A stretch of DNA of 64,000 nt, taken from positions 238,885-302,884 of the forward strand of contig JAEPMJ010000004.1 in the NCBI GenBank assembly GCA_017644005.1, given 5' to 3'. Of the stretch, positions 30,173 to 40,149 are shown piece after piece. The position numbers and the translations under genes are program-made. This DNA is from Rhizobiaceae bacterium (GTDB lineage: Bacteria; Pseudomonadota; Alphaproteobacteria; Rhizobiales; Rhizobiaceae). The stretch's first letter is position 1, and every line of letters begins with the position of its first letter. The notes under the pieces are model-generated. The model was given only the letters and a program-made list of their open reading frames with translations, had not been told where the DNA came from and searched no databases.

Positions 30173-30898
30173 ATGAATGATCGCAAAATGCCTGTTCGCC
30201 CCAACACGGCGGCAGAACCCGCCGCGCAGTCGAGCGGGTCCGAAATCGACGCCTTTATCCGTCAGGCGCGCACGCTTGCGACGGCATCGACGGGCAGTGG
30301 CCGGCTTATTCTCGCGCTTGATGCCACGATGAGTCGCCAGCCAACCTGGGATCTCGCCTGCCGGCTGCAGGCCGAGATGTTCGATGCGGTCGGCAAGGCA
30401 GGCAGGCTGGCGGTGCAGCTGGTCTATTTTCGCGGATTCGGTGAATGCCGCGCCTCGCGTTTCGTGACGGACACAAACGCGCTCAAGGAACTGATGGTGC
30501 GCATCGATTGCCGCGGCGGACGCACACAGATCGGCAAGGTGCTGTCGCATGCGCTGAAGGAGAACCGGCGCGAAAAGGTGAATGCGCTGGTCTATATCGG
30601 CGATGCGATGGAGGAGGAGATCGACTTGCTGGCCGACCGGGCGGGCGAGCTTGGCCTTCACGGGGTGCCCGTATTTGCCTTCCAGGAAGGCAATGACGCG
30701 GCCGCGCAGGTTGCGTTCAAGGAAATTGCCCGGCTTTCCAAAGGGTCGTGGTTCCGGTTCAACCGCGATTCTGCGTCGATGCTGGCCCGGCTTCTGTCGG
30801 CGGTCGCTGTGTACGCAACCGGCGGACTCAAGGCACTTGAGGCGCGGGGCCGTGCTGAGGACAGGCAGATGATCGAGCATTTGAAAGGCGGCAGATGA
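30173..30898 (+). CDS. VWA domain-containing protein
   Basis: 241 aa from MNDRKMP. MIDAS-like LILALDATMS...YIGDAMEE. Confidence 0.7.
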   Translation: MNDRKMPVRPNTAAEPAAQSSGSEIDAFIRQARTLATASTGSGRLILALDATMSRQPTWDLACRLQAEMFDAVGKAGRLAVQLVYFRGFGECRASRFVTDTNALKELMVRIDCRGGRTQIGKVLSHALKENRREKVNALVYIGDAMEEEIDLLADRAGELGLHGVPVFAFQEGNDAAAQVAFKEIARLSKGSWFRFNRDSASMLARLLSAVAVYATGGLKALEARGRAEDRQMIEHLKGGR

Positions 30899-31590
30899 GC
30901 TTCATGCTCTACCTATCGCTGGGGGTGCTTTGCGCATTCCTGCTGGCGCTCGGTTTCGTGCGGGCGAGCCCTGCACGGGTCGCTGATACGATCCGGCTGG
31001 CCGGGCCCGCAATTCTGGCGCTGCTTGGCCTGGTGCTGCTTCTGGCGGGGCGGGGCGGTGTGGCCGGAATGCTGCTGACTCTGGCCGCCGCATGGTATCT
31101 GCGCGGCAGGGCGGGGCGCCGGGCCCGCCGAAGCCCCGGCGGAAAATCGCATGTTCGCACTGCGGCCCTGGAAATGGAGCTCGACCACGAGACCGGTTCG
31201 CTCGAAGGCGTCGTTCTTGCAGGCAGCCTGGAGGGCGCGGAACTGAGAATCCTGTCGCTCGAACAGTTGCTGACTTTGCGCAGCGAACTGGCGAGCGATG
31301 CGGAGAGCCTACAGCTTCTGGAAACCTATCTTGACGGCAGATTTCCCGTCTGGCGCGAAGACGCTCAGGCGCATGGAGGCGAGGGGCATGCCGCTGCGCC
31401 GGTTTCTGGCACCATGACTGAGGAGGAAGCCTACGAGGTCCTTGGTCTTGAACCGGGTGCCTCCGCGGCGGAAGTCCGCAAGGCGCACCGCCGCCTGATG
31501 CAACGCCTGCACCCCGACGTCGGCGGGTCGCCCTTTCTGGCTGCCCGCATCAATGCCGCCAAAGACATTTTGCTGTCCAAACACGCTTGA
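30895..31590 (+). CDS. membrane-anchored J-domain protein (DjlA-like)
   Basis: 231 aa. Two N-terminal TM helices and a C-terminal J domain, EEAYEVLGLEPGASAAEVRKAHRRLMQRLHPDVGG (HPD). It overlaps the VWA gene by ATGA. Confidence 0.8.
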   Translation: MSFMLYLSLGVLCAFLLALGFVRASPARVADTIRLAGPAILALLGLVLLLAGRGGVAGMLLTLAAAWYLRGRAGRRARRSPGGKSHVRTAALEMELDHETGSLEGVVLAGSLEGAELRILSLEQLLTLRSELASDAESLQLLETYLDGRFPVWREDAQAHGGEGHAAAPVSGTMTEEEAYEVLGLEPGASAAEVRKAHRRLMQRLHPDVGGSPFLAARINAAKDILLSKHA

Positions 31591-31635
31591 TACTCCTTCG
31601 ACGCGATACTGACCGGAGACCCGAATGATCGGGCT

Positions 31636-32991
31636 TTACTGCTGCACTGCGTAGCAGGCGATGTCGCGCGCCTTGAGCGCGTTACAGGCGCCCCTGGCCG
31701 CATTCTTGGAACTGAAGCCGGCATAACGGGCACGCCAGTAGAGCGTGCCTTTGTTGTCGAACTTTTCGGTGAACGGGGTGGCATTGGCGAGAATGCCGCC
31801 TGCTGCACGGCTGGTGCGGTCGAGGAACGAGCGGGCCTCGGCTTCGCTGAGCAGCGATGCGACCTGGACGACCCAGCCATTGGGAACGGTCGACGCCGTT
31901 TCCACCATGTCGACGTCGCCTTCAGCGATCTGATTTTCAGCTGCGCGTACTGCCGCAGTCGGTTGCGGGACGGGTGCGGCCGCTACAACGATCTTGTCAG
32001 TGTAAACGGGGTCAATGTTGTCGACAGGGCGAGCATCAGGTGTCGGCGCCCCCTTTGTCGGCAGTTCGATGCGACCGGTGCTGGCGACGACCGGGCGGGT
32101 CGGGGAAATTGTGCGCGGTTGCGCGACGAGATTGCCGCGTCCGCGGCGCGAGGCGCGCGGCATGTATTTGGAGATCAGCTCGACCATGTGCGCGTTGCGG
32201 CTGTTGGCCGTACGGCCACCCATGACTACCGCCACGATCGAGCGGCCGTCAGCTTCAACCGAGGAGACAAGGTTGAAACCCGAAGCGCGCGTGTAGCCGG
32301 TTTTGATACCGTCCATACCGCGCACGCGGCCGAGCAGCCGGTTGTGGTTGCCGAGCCGTTTGCCGGCCACCGTCGCAACGCGGGTGGAAAAATAGCCGTA
32401 ATATTGCGGGAAATGCTCGCGCAGGGCGATGCCGAGGCGTGCCATGTCGCGCGCGGTGGTTTTCTGGCGCTTGTCGGGCAGGCCGTGGGCGTTGCGGAAG
32501 GTCGTCGACTTCATGCCCAGTGCGCGCGCCTTGTTGGTCATCATCTGCGCGAACTTTGCTTCCGATCCGCCCAGATATTCGGCAACCGCCGTGGAGATGT
32601 CGTTGGCCGATTTGGTCGCCAGCGTCAGGATGGCGTCGTTGACCGTGATGGTGGAGCCGGGTTTCAGGCCTAGCTTTGAAGGTTGTTCGGCGGCTGCATT
32701 CCTGGAGATCGGGATTCTGGACGATTTGGAGATGTGGCCGCTCTCCAGTGCCTCGAAGACCATGTAGAGCGTCATCATCTTGGTAAGCGAGGCTGGGAAG
32801 CGATGCGAATCCGCATAACGCGCGAAAAGCGTCTTGCCGGTTTTGGCGTCGACCACGATCGCCGCATATTTCGAGTTTGCAGACGCGCCGCTGGTCGCTG
32901 AAAGCGCCACAAGCGCCGCCATTGCAAACAAAGCCATGATTTTTGAGATGAATGTGGGCCCGACCGCGACCCGTTTGAACGCCTGACGCAC
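31636..32991 (-). CDS. D-alanyl-D-alanine carboxypeptidase (PBP5 class) with a C-terminal SPOR domain
   Basis: 451 aa. Motifs SLTK (SxxK), SAN (SxN) and KTG, with a signal peptide. The SPOR-like tail is WVVQVASLLSEAEARSF...YWRARYAGF. Confidence 0.85.
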   Translation of the reverse strand: MRQAFKRVAVGPTFISKIMALFAMAALVALSATSGASANSKYAAIVVDAKTGKTLFARYADSHRFPASLTKMMTLYMVFEALESGHISKSSRIPISRNAAAEQPSKLGLKPGSTITVNDAILTLATKSANDISTAVAEYLGGSEAKFAQMMTNKARALGMKSTTFRNAHGLPDKRQKTTARDMARLGIALREHFPQYYGYFSTRVATVAGKRLGNHNRLLGRVRGMDGIKTGYTRASGFNLVSSVEADGRSIVAVVMGGRTANSRNAHMVELISKYMPRASRRGRGNLVAQPRTISPTRPVVASTGRIELPTKGAPTPDARPVDNIDPVYTDKIVVAAAPVPQPTAAVRAAENQIAEGDVDMVETASTVPNGWVVQVASLLSEAEARSFLDRTSRAAGGILANATPFTEKFDNKGTLYWRARYAGFSSKNAARGACNALKARDIACYAVQQ

Positions 32992-33164
32992 TGAAACACC
33001 CGTCGGTTACGATTTTCAGAGATGGCAGCGCCTCTGCCATAACTTTCCACAGGGTACGAAACCGGCGTTACCAATCCGTTTATGGTGTTTAATAGGTTTA
33101 CGATGTGGTGCCGATTTTACAGGGATGCGCTCTGCGGCGGGATTCTACGCACCCATTGACATTT

Positions 33165-33198
33165 TGTGCAGCGCACACTAATTTATGTGCATCGCACA
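33165..33198. promoter_or_regulatory. two 13-bp palindromes, TGTGCAGCGCACA and TGTGCATCGCACA, candidate PhaR operators
   Basis: Read directly, 21 bp centre to centre, 65-98 bp upstream of the phasin start. Confidence 0.5.
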
Positions 33199-33262
33199 AA
33201 ACGACGGTTGGATGCCGCTCGAAAGTGCCCAACCCAAAAACGCCCATTCAAAGGAATGCCCG

Positions 33263-33592
33263 ATGTTTCAGTCTTTCGAAGACACCACCAAATTCTCCAA
33301 AGAGTTCATGGACTCCGGCCTGAAGAGCTTCGCCTCGCTGTCGAAGAACCTGCAGACCATCGCCAGCGAAGCCGGCGAGTACTCCAAAAAGTCGTGGGAA
33401 GACGGCTCCTCGACGATGGAGAAGATGTTCTCCGCCAAGTCGCTCGACAAGGCCGTTGAGATCCAGACCGACTATGCCAAGAAGGCTTATGAGGGCTTCG
33501 TTGCCCAGGCCACCAAGATGGGTGACCTCTATGCCGAGATCGCCAAGGATGCCTACAAGCCGTTCGAGAACGCTGTCGCCAAGGCGAAGTAA
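33263..33592 (+). CDS. phasin family protein
   Basis: 109 aa: MFQSFEDTTKFSKEFMDSGLKSFASLSKNLQTIASEAGEYSKKSWE... RBS AAGGA. The track start 33185 lies inside the operator region. Confidence 0.85.
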   Translation: MFQSFEDTTKFSKEFMDSGLKSFASLSKNLQTIASEAGEYSKKSWEDGSSTMEKMFSAKSLDKAVEIQTDYAKKAYEGFVAQATKMGDLYAEIAKDAYKPFENAVAKAK

Positions 33593-33639
33593 TCCGGTCA
33601 CGCATTTCTGATCGGCGGGCCGCAAGGTCCGCGCAAGAG

Positions 33640-33669
33640 CCCGGTAGCATCATTGCTGCCGGGTTTTTT
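33640..33669 (+). terminator. Rho-independent terminator of the phasin gene
   Basis: CCCGGTAGCA-TCAT-TGCTGCCGGG hairpin, then TTTTTT. Confidence 0.8.
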
Positions 33670-33834
33670 GCGTTCATCATGATGGCGGGAATCGGTGCGT
33701 CAACGAGTGCCGTGGTACTTGCCGCAACTGGCCATGCGGCCATATTGTGCCCTTGAAGAAAGGGCTTAAATTCAGCCATGCGGTGCCTACATGAAGCACC
33801 TTTGAAATCGGGTGTAAGGCGAACCAGGGGCGAT

Positions 33835-34215
33835 ATGACGATCAACGACGGAGCCGCGAGACGATATGCGGTACGCATGGATGATCGGGACGAAGACGAT
33901 ACCGGGTCGGGAGGGAGCGACCGGGGGACGGCGGTTATCACGCGGACCAAGGCCAAGACCAAGAAGCCAAGCCTCTACCGTGTGCTTTTGCTTAATGACG
34001 ACTACACGCCCATGGAATTCGTCGTTCACGTTCTGGAACGCTTTTTCCAGAAGGACCGCGACGCAGCGACACGCATCATGCTCCACGTTCACAATCACGG
34101 CGTGGGGGAGTGCGGGGTCTATACATTCGAGGTGGCCGAGACCAAAGTGTCCCAGGTCATGGATTTTGCCCGTCAGCACCAGCACCCGCTGCAATGCGTG
34201 ATGGAAAAGAAATGA
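33835..34215 (+). CDS. clpS: ATP-dependent Clp protease adaptor ClpS
   Basis: Core [28 protein letters not shown]...[27 protein letters not shown]. The start is uncertain (ATG 33835). Confidence 0.9.
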   Translation: MTINDGAARRYAVRMDDRDEDDTGSGGSDRGTAVITRTKAKTKKPSLYRVLLLNDDYTPMEFVVHVLERFFQKDRDAATRIMLHVHNHGVGECGVYTFEVAETKVSQVMDFARQHQHPLQCVMEKK

Positions 34216-34228
34216 GGACAGCATAACG

Positions 34229-36691
34229 ATGCCGGCTTTCTCCCAGGGCCTGGAACGTGCGCTTCACCAGGCGCTTACCTATGCCAATGAGCGCCACCAC
34301 GAATACGCGACGCTCGAACATCTGCTGCTCGCGCTGGTCGATGACCAGGATGCGGCTGCGGTCATGCGTGCCTGCAATGTCGATCTCGACGATCTGAAGC
34401 AGACGCTTGTCACCTATGTCGACACCGAGCTCGATAATCTGGTGACCGGCTATGACGAGGATTCCAAGCCGACTGCCGGCTTCCAGCGCGTCATCCAGCG
34501 TGCGGTCATTCACGTGCAGTCGTCGGGGCGCGAGGAAGTGTCGGGCGCGAATGTGCTCGTTGCCATTTTCGCCGAGCGGGAAAGTCACGCTGCCTATTTC
34601 CTGCAGGAACAGCAGATGACCCGCTACGACGCGGTCAACTATATCAGCCACGGCATCGCCAAACGCCCGGGCAGCAGCGAGGCTCGCGCGGCGCGCGGCG
34701 CCGAGGAAAGCGAGTCCGGTTCCGGCGAGGCCGCTGCCGAAGAGGGTGGCAAGAAGAAGCAGCAGGATGCTCTTTCGGCCTATTGCATCAATCTCAACCA
34801 GAAAGCGCGGGCAGGCCGGATCGATCCGCTGATCGGCCGCGGGCCGGAAATCAGCCGTACCATCCAGGTGCTGTGCCGCCGCTCCAAGAACAACCCGCTT
34901 TATGTGGGTGATCCTGGCGTCGGCAAGACGGCGATCGCGGAAGGACTTGCGAAGCGCATCGTGGAAGGCGAGGTGCCGGAGGTGCTGCTCGAATCCACCA
35001 TCTTCGCGCTCGACATGGGCACGCTTCTGGCCGGCACGCGCTACCGCGGCGATTTCGAGGAACGGCTGAAGCAGGTCGTGAAGGAACTCGAGGAGTTTCC
35101 GGGCGCGATTCTGTTCATCGACGAAATCCACACCGTGATCGGCGCAGGCGCCACTTCCGGCGGCGCGATGGACGCCTCCAATCTGCTCAAGCCGGCGCTG
35201 TCGTCCGGCACGATCCGCTGCATTGGATCGACCACCTACAAGGAATTCCGTCAGTTCTTCGAGAAGGACCGGGCGTTGGTGCGCCGCTTCCAGAAGATCG
35301 ATGTGAACGAGCCGACCGTGGATGACGCTATCGCGATCATGAAGGGTCTGAAGCCCTATTTCGAGGACTTCCACAAGGTCAAATACAGCAACGAGGCGAT
35401 CAAGGCCGCGGTGGAGCTCTCGTCCCGTTATATCAATGACCGCAAGCTGCCGGACAAGGCGATCGACGTGATCGACGAAACCGGTGCATCGCAGATGCTG
35501 TTGCCGGAAAACAAGCGGCGCAAGACGATCAACGTCAAGGAGATCGAAGCGACGATCGCGACCATGGCGCGCATTCCGCCTAAATCGGTCTCTGCCGACG
35601 ACGAGAAGGTGCTTGCCGGTCTCGACGCGGAACTGAAGCGCGTTGTGTACGGTCAGGACACGGCGATTTCGGCGCTTGCCTCGGCGATCAAGCTGGCGCG
35701 GGCGGGTTTGCGCGAACCTGAAAAGCCAATCGGTTCGTATCTGTTCTCCGGCCCAACCGGCGTTGGCAAGACCGAGGTCGCGAAGCAACTCGCCGCGTCG
35801 CTTGGCGTCGAGCTGCTGCGTTTCGACATGTCGGAATATATGGAGCGTCACACGGTGAGCCGTCTCATCGGCGCGCCTCCCGGTTATGTCGGGTTTGACC
35901 AGGGCGGTCTCCTGACCGACGGCGTGGACCAGCATCCGCATTGCGTGCTTTTGCTCGATGAGATCGAGAAGGCCCATCCAGACCTGTTCAACATCCTGTT
36001 GCAGGTTATGGATCACGGCAAGCTGACCGACCACAATGGCAAGCAGATCAGCTTCCGGAACGTGATCCTGATCATGACCACCAATGCCGGCGCGGCCGAT
36101 CTTGCCAAGGCTGCTATCGGCTTCGGTTCGTCGAAGCGCGAAGGCGACGACATGGAGGCGATCAACCGGCTGTTCTCGCCGGAATTCCGTAACCGACTCG
36201 ACGCGATCATTCCGTTCGGGTCGCTGCCGGTTCCGGTGATTCATCAGGTGGTGCAGAAATTCGTCATGCAACTAGAGGCGCAGCTTGCCGAGCGGCGCGT
36301 CACATTCGAGCTGTCGGATGAAGCGGTCGCCTGGCTGGCCGACAAAGGCTACGACGAGCGCATGGGTGCACGGCCGCTTTCCCGCGTCATCCAGGAACAC
36401 ATCAAGAAGCCGCTGGCGGAAGAGGTGCTGTTCGGCCGTCTCAAGAAAGGTGGCACGGTCAAGGTGTCGGTCGAAACCAAGGAGACCGGCGAAACCGGCC
36501 TCAAACTGGATCCCGTCGCCGACGACCAGCCGGTGAAGCCGATAAAGGAAAATCCCGACGGACCGAAGCCGAAGAAAAAGCCGGCGCGTAAAAGCACATC
36601 GCGCAAGGCAGCGGCCAAATCCGCGCCGAAGACCAGCAAAGGCGATGACGGCAAGCGGACGACCGTTCCGCAGCTTCCGCGCCGGGGCTGA
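34229..36691 (+). CDS. clpA: ATP-dependent Clp protease ATP-binding subunit ClpA
   Basis: 820 aa with two AAA+ modules, Walker A GDPGVGKT and GPTGVGKT. It has an unusually long Lys/Pro-rich C-terminal tail. Confidence 0.95.
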   Translation: MPAFSQGLERALHQALTYANERHHEYATLEHLLLALVDDQDAAAVMRACNVDLDDLKQTLVTYVDTELDNLVTGYDEDSKPTAGFQRVIQRAVIHVQSSGREEVSGANVLVAIFAERESHAAYFLQEQQMTRYDAVNYISHGIAKRPGSSEARAARGAEESESGSGEAAAEEGGKKKQQDALSAYCINLNQKARAGRIDPLIGRGPEISRTIQVLCRRSKNNPLYVGDPGVGKTAIAEGLAKRIVEGEVPEVLLESTIFALDMGTLLAGTRYRGDFEERLKQVVKELEEFPGAILFIDEIHTVIGAGATSGGAMDASNLLKPALSSGTIRCIGSTTYKEFRQFFEKDRALVRRFQKIDVNEPTVDDAIAIMKGLKPYFEDFHKVKYSNEAIKAAVELSSRYINDRKLPDKAIDVIDETGASQMLLPENKRRKTINVKEIEATIATMARIPPKSVSADDEKVLAGLDAELKRVVYGQDTAISALASAIKLARAGLREPEKPIGSYLFSGPTGVGKTEVAKQLAASLGVELLRFDMSEYMERHTVSRLIGAPPGYVGFDQGGLLTDGVDQHPHCVLLLDEIEKAHPDLFNILLQVMDHGKLTDHNGKQISFRNVILIMTTNAGAADLAKAAIGFGSSKREGDDMEAINRLFSPEFRNRLDAIIPFGSLPVPVIHQVVQKFVMQLEAQLAERRVTFELSDEAVAWLADKGYDERMGARPLSRVIQEHIKKPLAEEVLFGRLKKGGTVKVSVETKETGETGLKLDPVADDQPVKPIKENPDGPKPKKKPARKSTSRKAAAKSAPKTSKGDDGKRTTVPQLPRRG

Positions 36692-36703
36692 TCCGGCGCG
36701 GGC

Positions 36704-37237
36704 ATGTCCGAAGGGAGACGCTCAGGTCTCAGGCAACGCCTCGCCCTCGGCGACCGCAAGGAGGTCGGAGAGGCGGCTGCCGTAGCGCGCGAAGTGCTGG
36801 ACGACCCCTTGCTTGTGCGGCCGCTTGTCGATCTGCTGGAAGATGCCGACGAAGCCGTTGTTGCGCATGCCGCGCATGTGGTCATGCAGGTGGGGCGGGG
36901 TGCGCCGACGCTGTTCGTGCCCTACGCCGACCGGCTGCTTTCGATCCTGCGCGCATGCGGCCAGTGGGAAATCGGTGAGCAATTGCCGAAGGTTCTCGCC
37001 GTCATTGAGCTCGACGACGATCAGACGCAGCAACTGGCCGATCTGCTGGCCGCACAAGTCGATGCCAAATCGAATATTGCCGCCGCGTCGGCGCTAACCG
37101 GGTTGGCCGAACTCGCCCGGACCGGGCGCATTGGCGACGACATCGCGCGGGGTGCCATCAACGCCGCGCTTGCTTCGCCGCGCAAGTCGCTGGCCGCGCG
37201 GGCACGGCGTATCTCGCAAAATGCGGGCTGGTCGTGA
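36704..37237 (+). CDS. hypothetical helical-repeat (HEAT-like) protein
   Basis: 177 aa, all-helical and Leu/Ala-rich. Its stop overlaps the azlC GTG start. No motif recognised. Confidence 0.45.
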   Translation: MSEGRRSGLRQRLALGDRKEVGEAAAVAREVLDDPLLVRPLVDLLEDADEAVVAHAAHVVMQVGRGAPTLFVPYADRLLSILRACGQWEIGEQLPKVLAVIELDDDQTQQLADLLAAQVDAKSNIAAASALTGLAELARTGRIGDDIARGAINAALASPRKSLAARARRISQNAGWS

Positions 37238-37974
37238 GCGGCGATGTCGCGGCCGGGCCGCCTGAAAGTCACTTCACCTGGTATCTGCGCGGGTTTCGCG
37301 AGGTCTTTTCGCTGCCGGCGCTGATCCTGGCAAGCAGCTTTGTCGGCTTCGCGGCGCTCGCGCAAGGTGCGGGTTTCACTCTCGTGCAGGCGGTCTTCAT
37401 GACCGCCTTTATCTGGGCATTGCCAGGCATGGTGGTGCTGGTGGGTGCCGTAATTGCAGGCAACGGCCTTTTTGTCGTGGCGCTTGCAGTTGCACTGTCG
37501 TCCGCACGCCTGACCCCGATGGTGGTTTCGCTGGTGCCCGAACTCAAGGCGGAGCGAACCCGGCCGTGGGTCCTTTACCTGCTGTCGCATTTCGTTGCCG
37601 TAACGTCCTGGGTCGTCGCCATGCACAAGGTGCGAACCATTCCGCGCGATTTCCGAACCTCATGGTATGGTGGTGTCGGATCGTCACTGGTTGTGCTCAA
37701 TATCGTCGTTGTGACTGTGTTCTACGTCACCGCGCGCGACCTGCCGCCGGTTCTCTCCGCCGGGCTTCTTTTGCTGATGCCAATGTATTTTCTGACGTCA
37801 CTGTGGACGTCGGCGCGGGAGGCGGCGAGCAAGGTCGCGATGGTGCTTGGGCTGATATTGGGGCCGGTTTGCGCGGCGCTCGTGCCCGAACTCAGCCTGC
37901 TGGTCGCCGGCCTTGCAGGCGGTGCGGTGGCCTATGCCTGGCATCGTTTGCAGGCGCGGCGGGCGACGACATGA
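37234..37974 (+). CDS. azlC: AzlC family branched-chain amino acid exporter subunit
   Basis: 246-aa multi-TM protein, followed by an ATGA-coupled AzlD-like ORF. Confidence 0.8.
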   Translation: MSGDVAAGPPESHFTWYLRGFREVFSLPALILASSFVGFAALAQGAGFTLVQAVFMTAFIWALPGMVVLVGAVIAGNGLFVVALAVALSSARLTPMVVSLVPELKAERTRPWVLYLLSHFVAVTSWVVAMHKVRTIPRDFRTSWYGGVGSSLVVLNIVVVTVFYVTARDLPPVLSAGLLLLMPMYFLTSLWTSAREAASKVAMVLGLILGPVCAALVPELSLLVAGLAGGAVAYAWHRLQARRATT

Positions 37975-38318
37975 CCTATACCGGCTTCGAGGCGTGGTGG
38001 TGGCCGTTTCTCTTCATCCTTGTTGCGGGATGGCTGGCGACCGACAGCTGGCGTTTCCTCGGCGTGTTCCTGGGCGGCAGGATTTCGGAAGATTCCGAAG
38101 TTCTTGTCTTCGTGCGTTGCGTGGCGACGGCGCTTGTCGCCGCCGTCGTGGCAAGCCTGATCCTGACGCCGAACGGGGCACTGGCCGATACCCCGGTCGT
38201 GCTGCGGGCCGGCGCGGCGATCGGCGGATTTGCGGCCTATCTCGTAGCCGGCAAACGCATGATCGTCGGGCTGCTCGTTGCCGAGGCCGTGCTGGTTGGC
38301 GGGGTGCTGCTCGGCTGA
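37971..38318 (+). CDS. azlD: AzlD domain-containing membrane protein
   Basis: 115 aa from MTYTGFEAWWWPFLFILVAGWLATDSWRFLGV. The true start lies inside track ORF 37566..38318. Confidence 0.75.
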   Translation: MTYTGFEAWWWPFLFILVAGWLATDSWRFLGVFLGGRISEDSEVLVFVRCVATALVAAVVASLILTPNGALADTPVVLRAGAAIGGFAAYLVAGKRMIVGLLVAEAVLVGGVLLG

Positions 38319-38744
38319 TCAGGCGAGTGCCGCGCGAATTTTCTCCGCGTTGGCGGCCAGCACCGCATTGTCCTCCATCGTGCCAGTGTGAGGTTTCAAT
38401 GCCACGCCATCGAAGCGCGGAATGATGTGGACATGCAGGTGAAAGACGATCTGTCCGCCGGCGGGTTCTGAAAACTGCTGGATTGTCACGCCGTCGGCAC
38501 CCATGCCCTCCTTGGCCGCGACCGCCAGCTTCTGGACCGTGCGCATGACGGCTGCCAAACTGTCCGGATCGACATCGAGTATGTTCCGTGACGGCTTTTT
38601 CGGGATCACCAGGCAATGACCATCGCCGCGCGGCATGATGTCCATGAAGGCGAAGGTGTCGTCGTCTTCATAGAGTTTGTGGGCGGGCAGTTCCCCGCGC
38701 AGGATTTTGGCGAAGACGTTGTCGGTGTCGTAGGCGGCTGACAT
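38319..38744 (-). CDS. HIT family hydrolase
   Basis: 141 aa from MSAAYDTDNVFAKILRGELP. Histidine triad FHLHVHIIP. RBS GGAGG. Confidence 0.9.
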   Translation of the reverse strand: MSAAYDTDNVFAKILRGELPAHKLYEDDDTFAFMDIMPRGDGHCLVIPKKPSRNILDVDPDSLAAVMRTVQKLAVAAKEGMGADGVTIQQFSEPAGGQIVFHLHVHIIPRFDGVALKPHTGTMEDNAVLAANAEKIRAALA

Positions 38745-38876
38745 GGGACCTCCGGCGAGGCAGCAAGGGGATGGGACAGTAAGGCAGTAGGGATAAGGCT
38801 GCCGAACGTCAATGTCGCAGGCCGGTTCCCGAGTCAGTTCAACCATACTGCCCTATTGCCCTACTCCCCCAATGCC

Positions 38877-40076
38877 TTATCCGCCTTTCCGGAACGGCCC
38901 CCGTTGCGCCAGATATTCGCCGATCGCGGCAACGTCCTGCCGTTCGCGGACGAGGTAGTCTTCCACGGCATTGCGAAGCCCGGCATGCACAATATGATGT
39001 GCGGAATGGGTGGTGACGGGCATGTAGCCGCGCGCCAGCTTGTGTTCGCCCTGTGCGCCGGCCTCAACCACCTTCAGGCCGTGTGCGATCGCGAAGTCGA
39101 TTGCCTGATGGTAGCAGATCTCGAAATGCAGGAAGGGGTGTTCCTCGACGCATCCCCAGTGGCGCCCGTAGAGCGTGTCCGACCCGATGAAATTGATCGC
39201 ACCGGCGATGTAGCGCCCATCGCGCTTTGCCATGACCAGCAATATGTCATCGGCCATACGCTCGGCCACCAGCGAGTAGAATTCGCGGTTGAGATAAGGC
39301 CGGCCCCATTTGCGTGAGCCGGTGTCGATGTAGAAGGCGAAAAAGTCGTCGAGCACGGACTCGGTGATATCGGACCCCTTCAGCCACTCGACGGTGATGC
39401 CGTTTTCGAGCGCCGCATGACGTTCCTTGCGCAACGCCTTGCGCTTTCGCGAGGCGAGGGTGGTGAGAAAGTCGTCATAGCTTCCATATCCCTGGTTGAA
39501 GAAATGAAACTGCTGATCAGTGCGCCGCAAAAAGCCCTGACGCCCGAGCAGTTCAGCCTCGTCCAAGGGCGCGAAGGTGACATGAACAGACGATGCTCCG
39601 ATGCGTGAGCACAGCGCCTTCAGGCCCTCGGCAAGTGCGGTGCGCACGGAGTCTTTGTCCGCGCCCTCGTTGATCAGCAGCCGAGGACCCTGAGCGGGCG
39701 TGAAGGGAATCGAGACCTGCAGTTTCGGATAATAGCGGCCGCCGGCGCGCTCGAAGGCGTCGGCCCAGCCATAGTCGAAGACATATTCGCCCTGGCTGTG
39801 GGTTTTGACATAGCAAGGTACAGCGCCCAGCATGCGGCCGTCCGGCGCTTCGAGCCTGAGATGCTGCGGCATCCAGCCGGTCTCGGCCGCAACGCAGCCG
39901 CTTTCCTCCAGCGATGAGAGGAAAGCATGGCTGAGAAACGGGTTGTATGGGACGCGGCCTCCGCGGTTCGCGCCCAGCAACTGTTGCCACTCGCCGGGAG
40001 GAAAGGCGGCAAGCGAAGGATTGACGCGGATCGCGAATTCACCGCTTGCCGCTGCGTTGTCGCTCTGCCGGCTCAT
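38877..40076 (-). CDS. FemAB-like GNAT-fold protein (DUF482 type)
   Basis: 399 aa from MSRQSDNAAASGEF. Family assignment is from memory of conserved alphaproteobacterial homologs. Confidence 0.6.
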   Translation of the reverse strand: MSRQSDNAAASGEFAIRVNPSLAAFPPGEWQQLLGANRGGRVPYNPFLSHAFLSSLEESGCVAAETGWMPQHLRLEAPDGRMLGAVPCYVKTHSQGEYVFDYGWADAFERAGGRYYPKLQVSIPFTPAQGPRLLINEGADKDSVRTALAEGLKALCSRIGASSVHVTFAPLDEAELLGRQGFLRRTDQQFHFFNQGYGSYDDFLTTLASRKRKALRKERHAALENGITVEWLKGSDITESVLDDFFAFYIDTGSRKWGRPYLNREFYSLVAERMADDILLVMAKRDGRYIAGAINFIGSDTLYGRHWGCVEEHPFLHFEICYHQAIDFAIAHGLKVVEAGAQGEHKLARGYMPVTTHSAHHIVHAGLRNAVEDYLVRERQDVAAIGEYLAQRGPFRKGG

Positions 40077-40149
40077 GCTTTCAGGCAATCCAGGGTTCGA
40101 TGAGGGTATCCCCAATACCTATTCGCGAACCGGCGCTTTGCAAGACGTT

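Noticed and set aside
33185-33262. Upstream ATG 33185 as the phasin start (track ORF 135 aa).
   Set aside because: The extension lies inside the palindromic operator region and lacks an RBS. ATG 33263 follows AAGGA and gives a typical phasin N-terminus.
34157-36271. 704-aa minus-strand ORF. Similar long ORFs occur at 51056..52582-, 42277..43470-, 43678..44823-, 57716..58753-, 8528..9628+, 10634..11518+, 15006..15887+ and 240..1040+.
   Set aside because: All lie antisense to strongly supported genes (clpA, bamA/lpxD, bla/rpsB, tsf, comEC, topA, pyrB, dinB). They have Arg/Gly/His-rich low-complexity translations, typical of stop-poor shadow frames in high-GC DNA.
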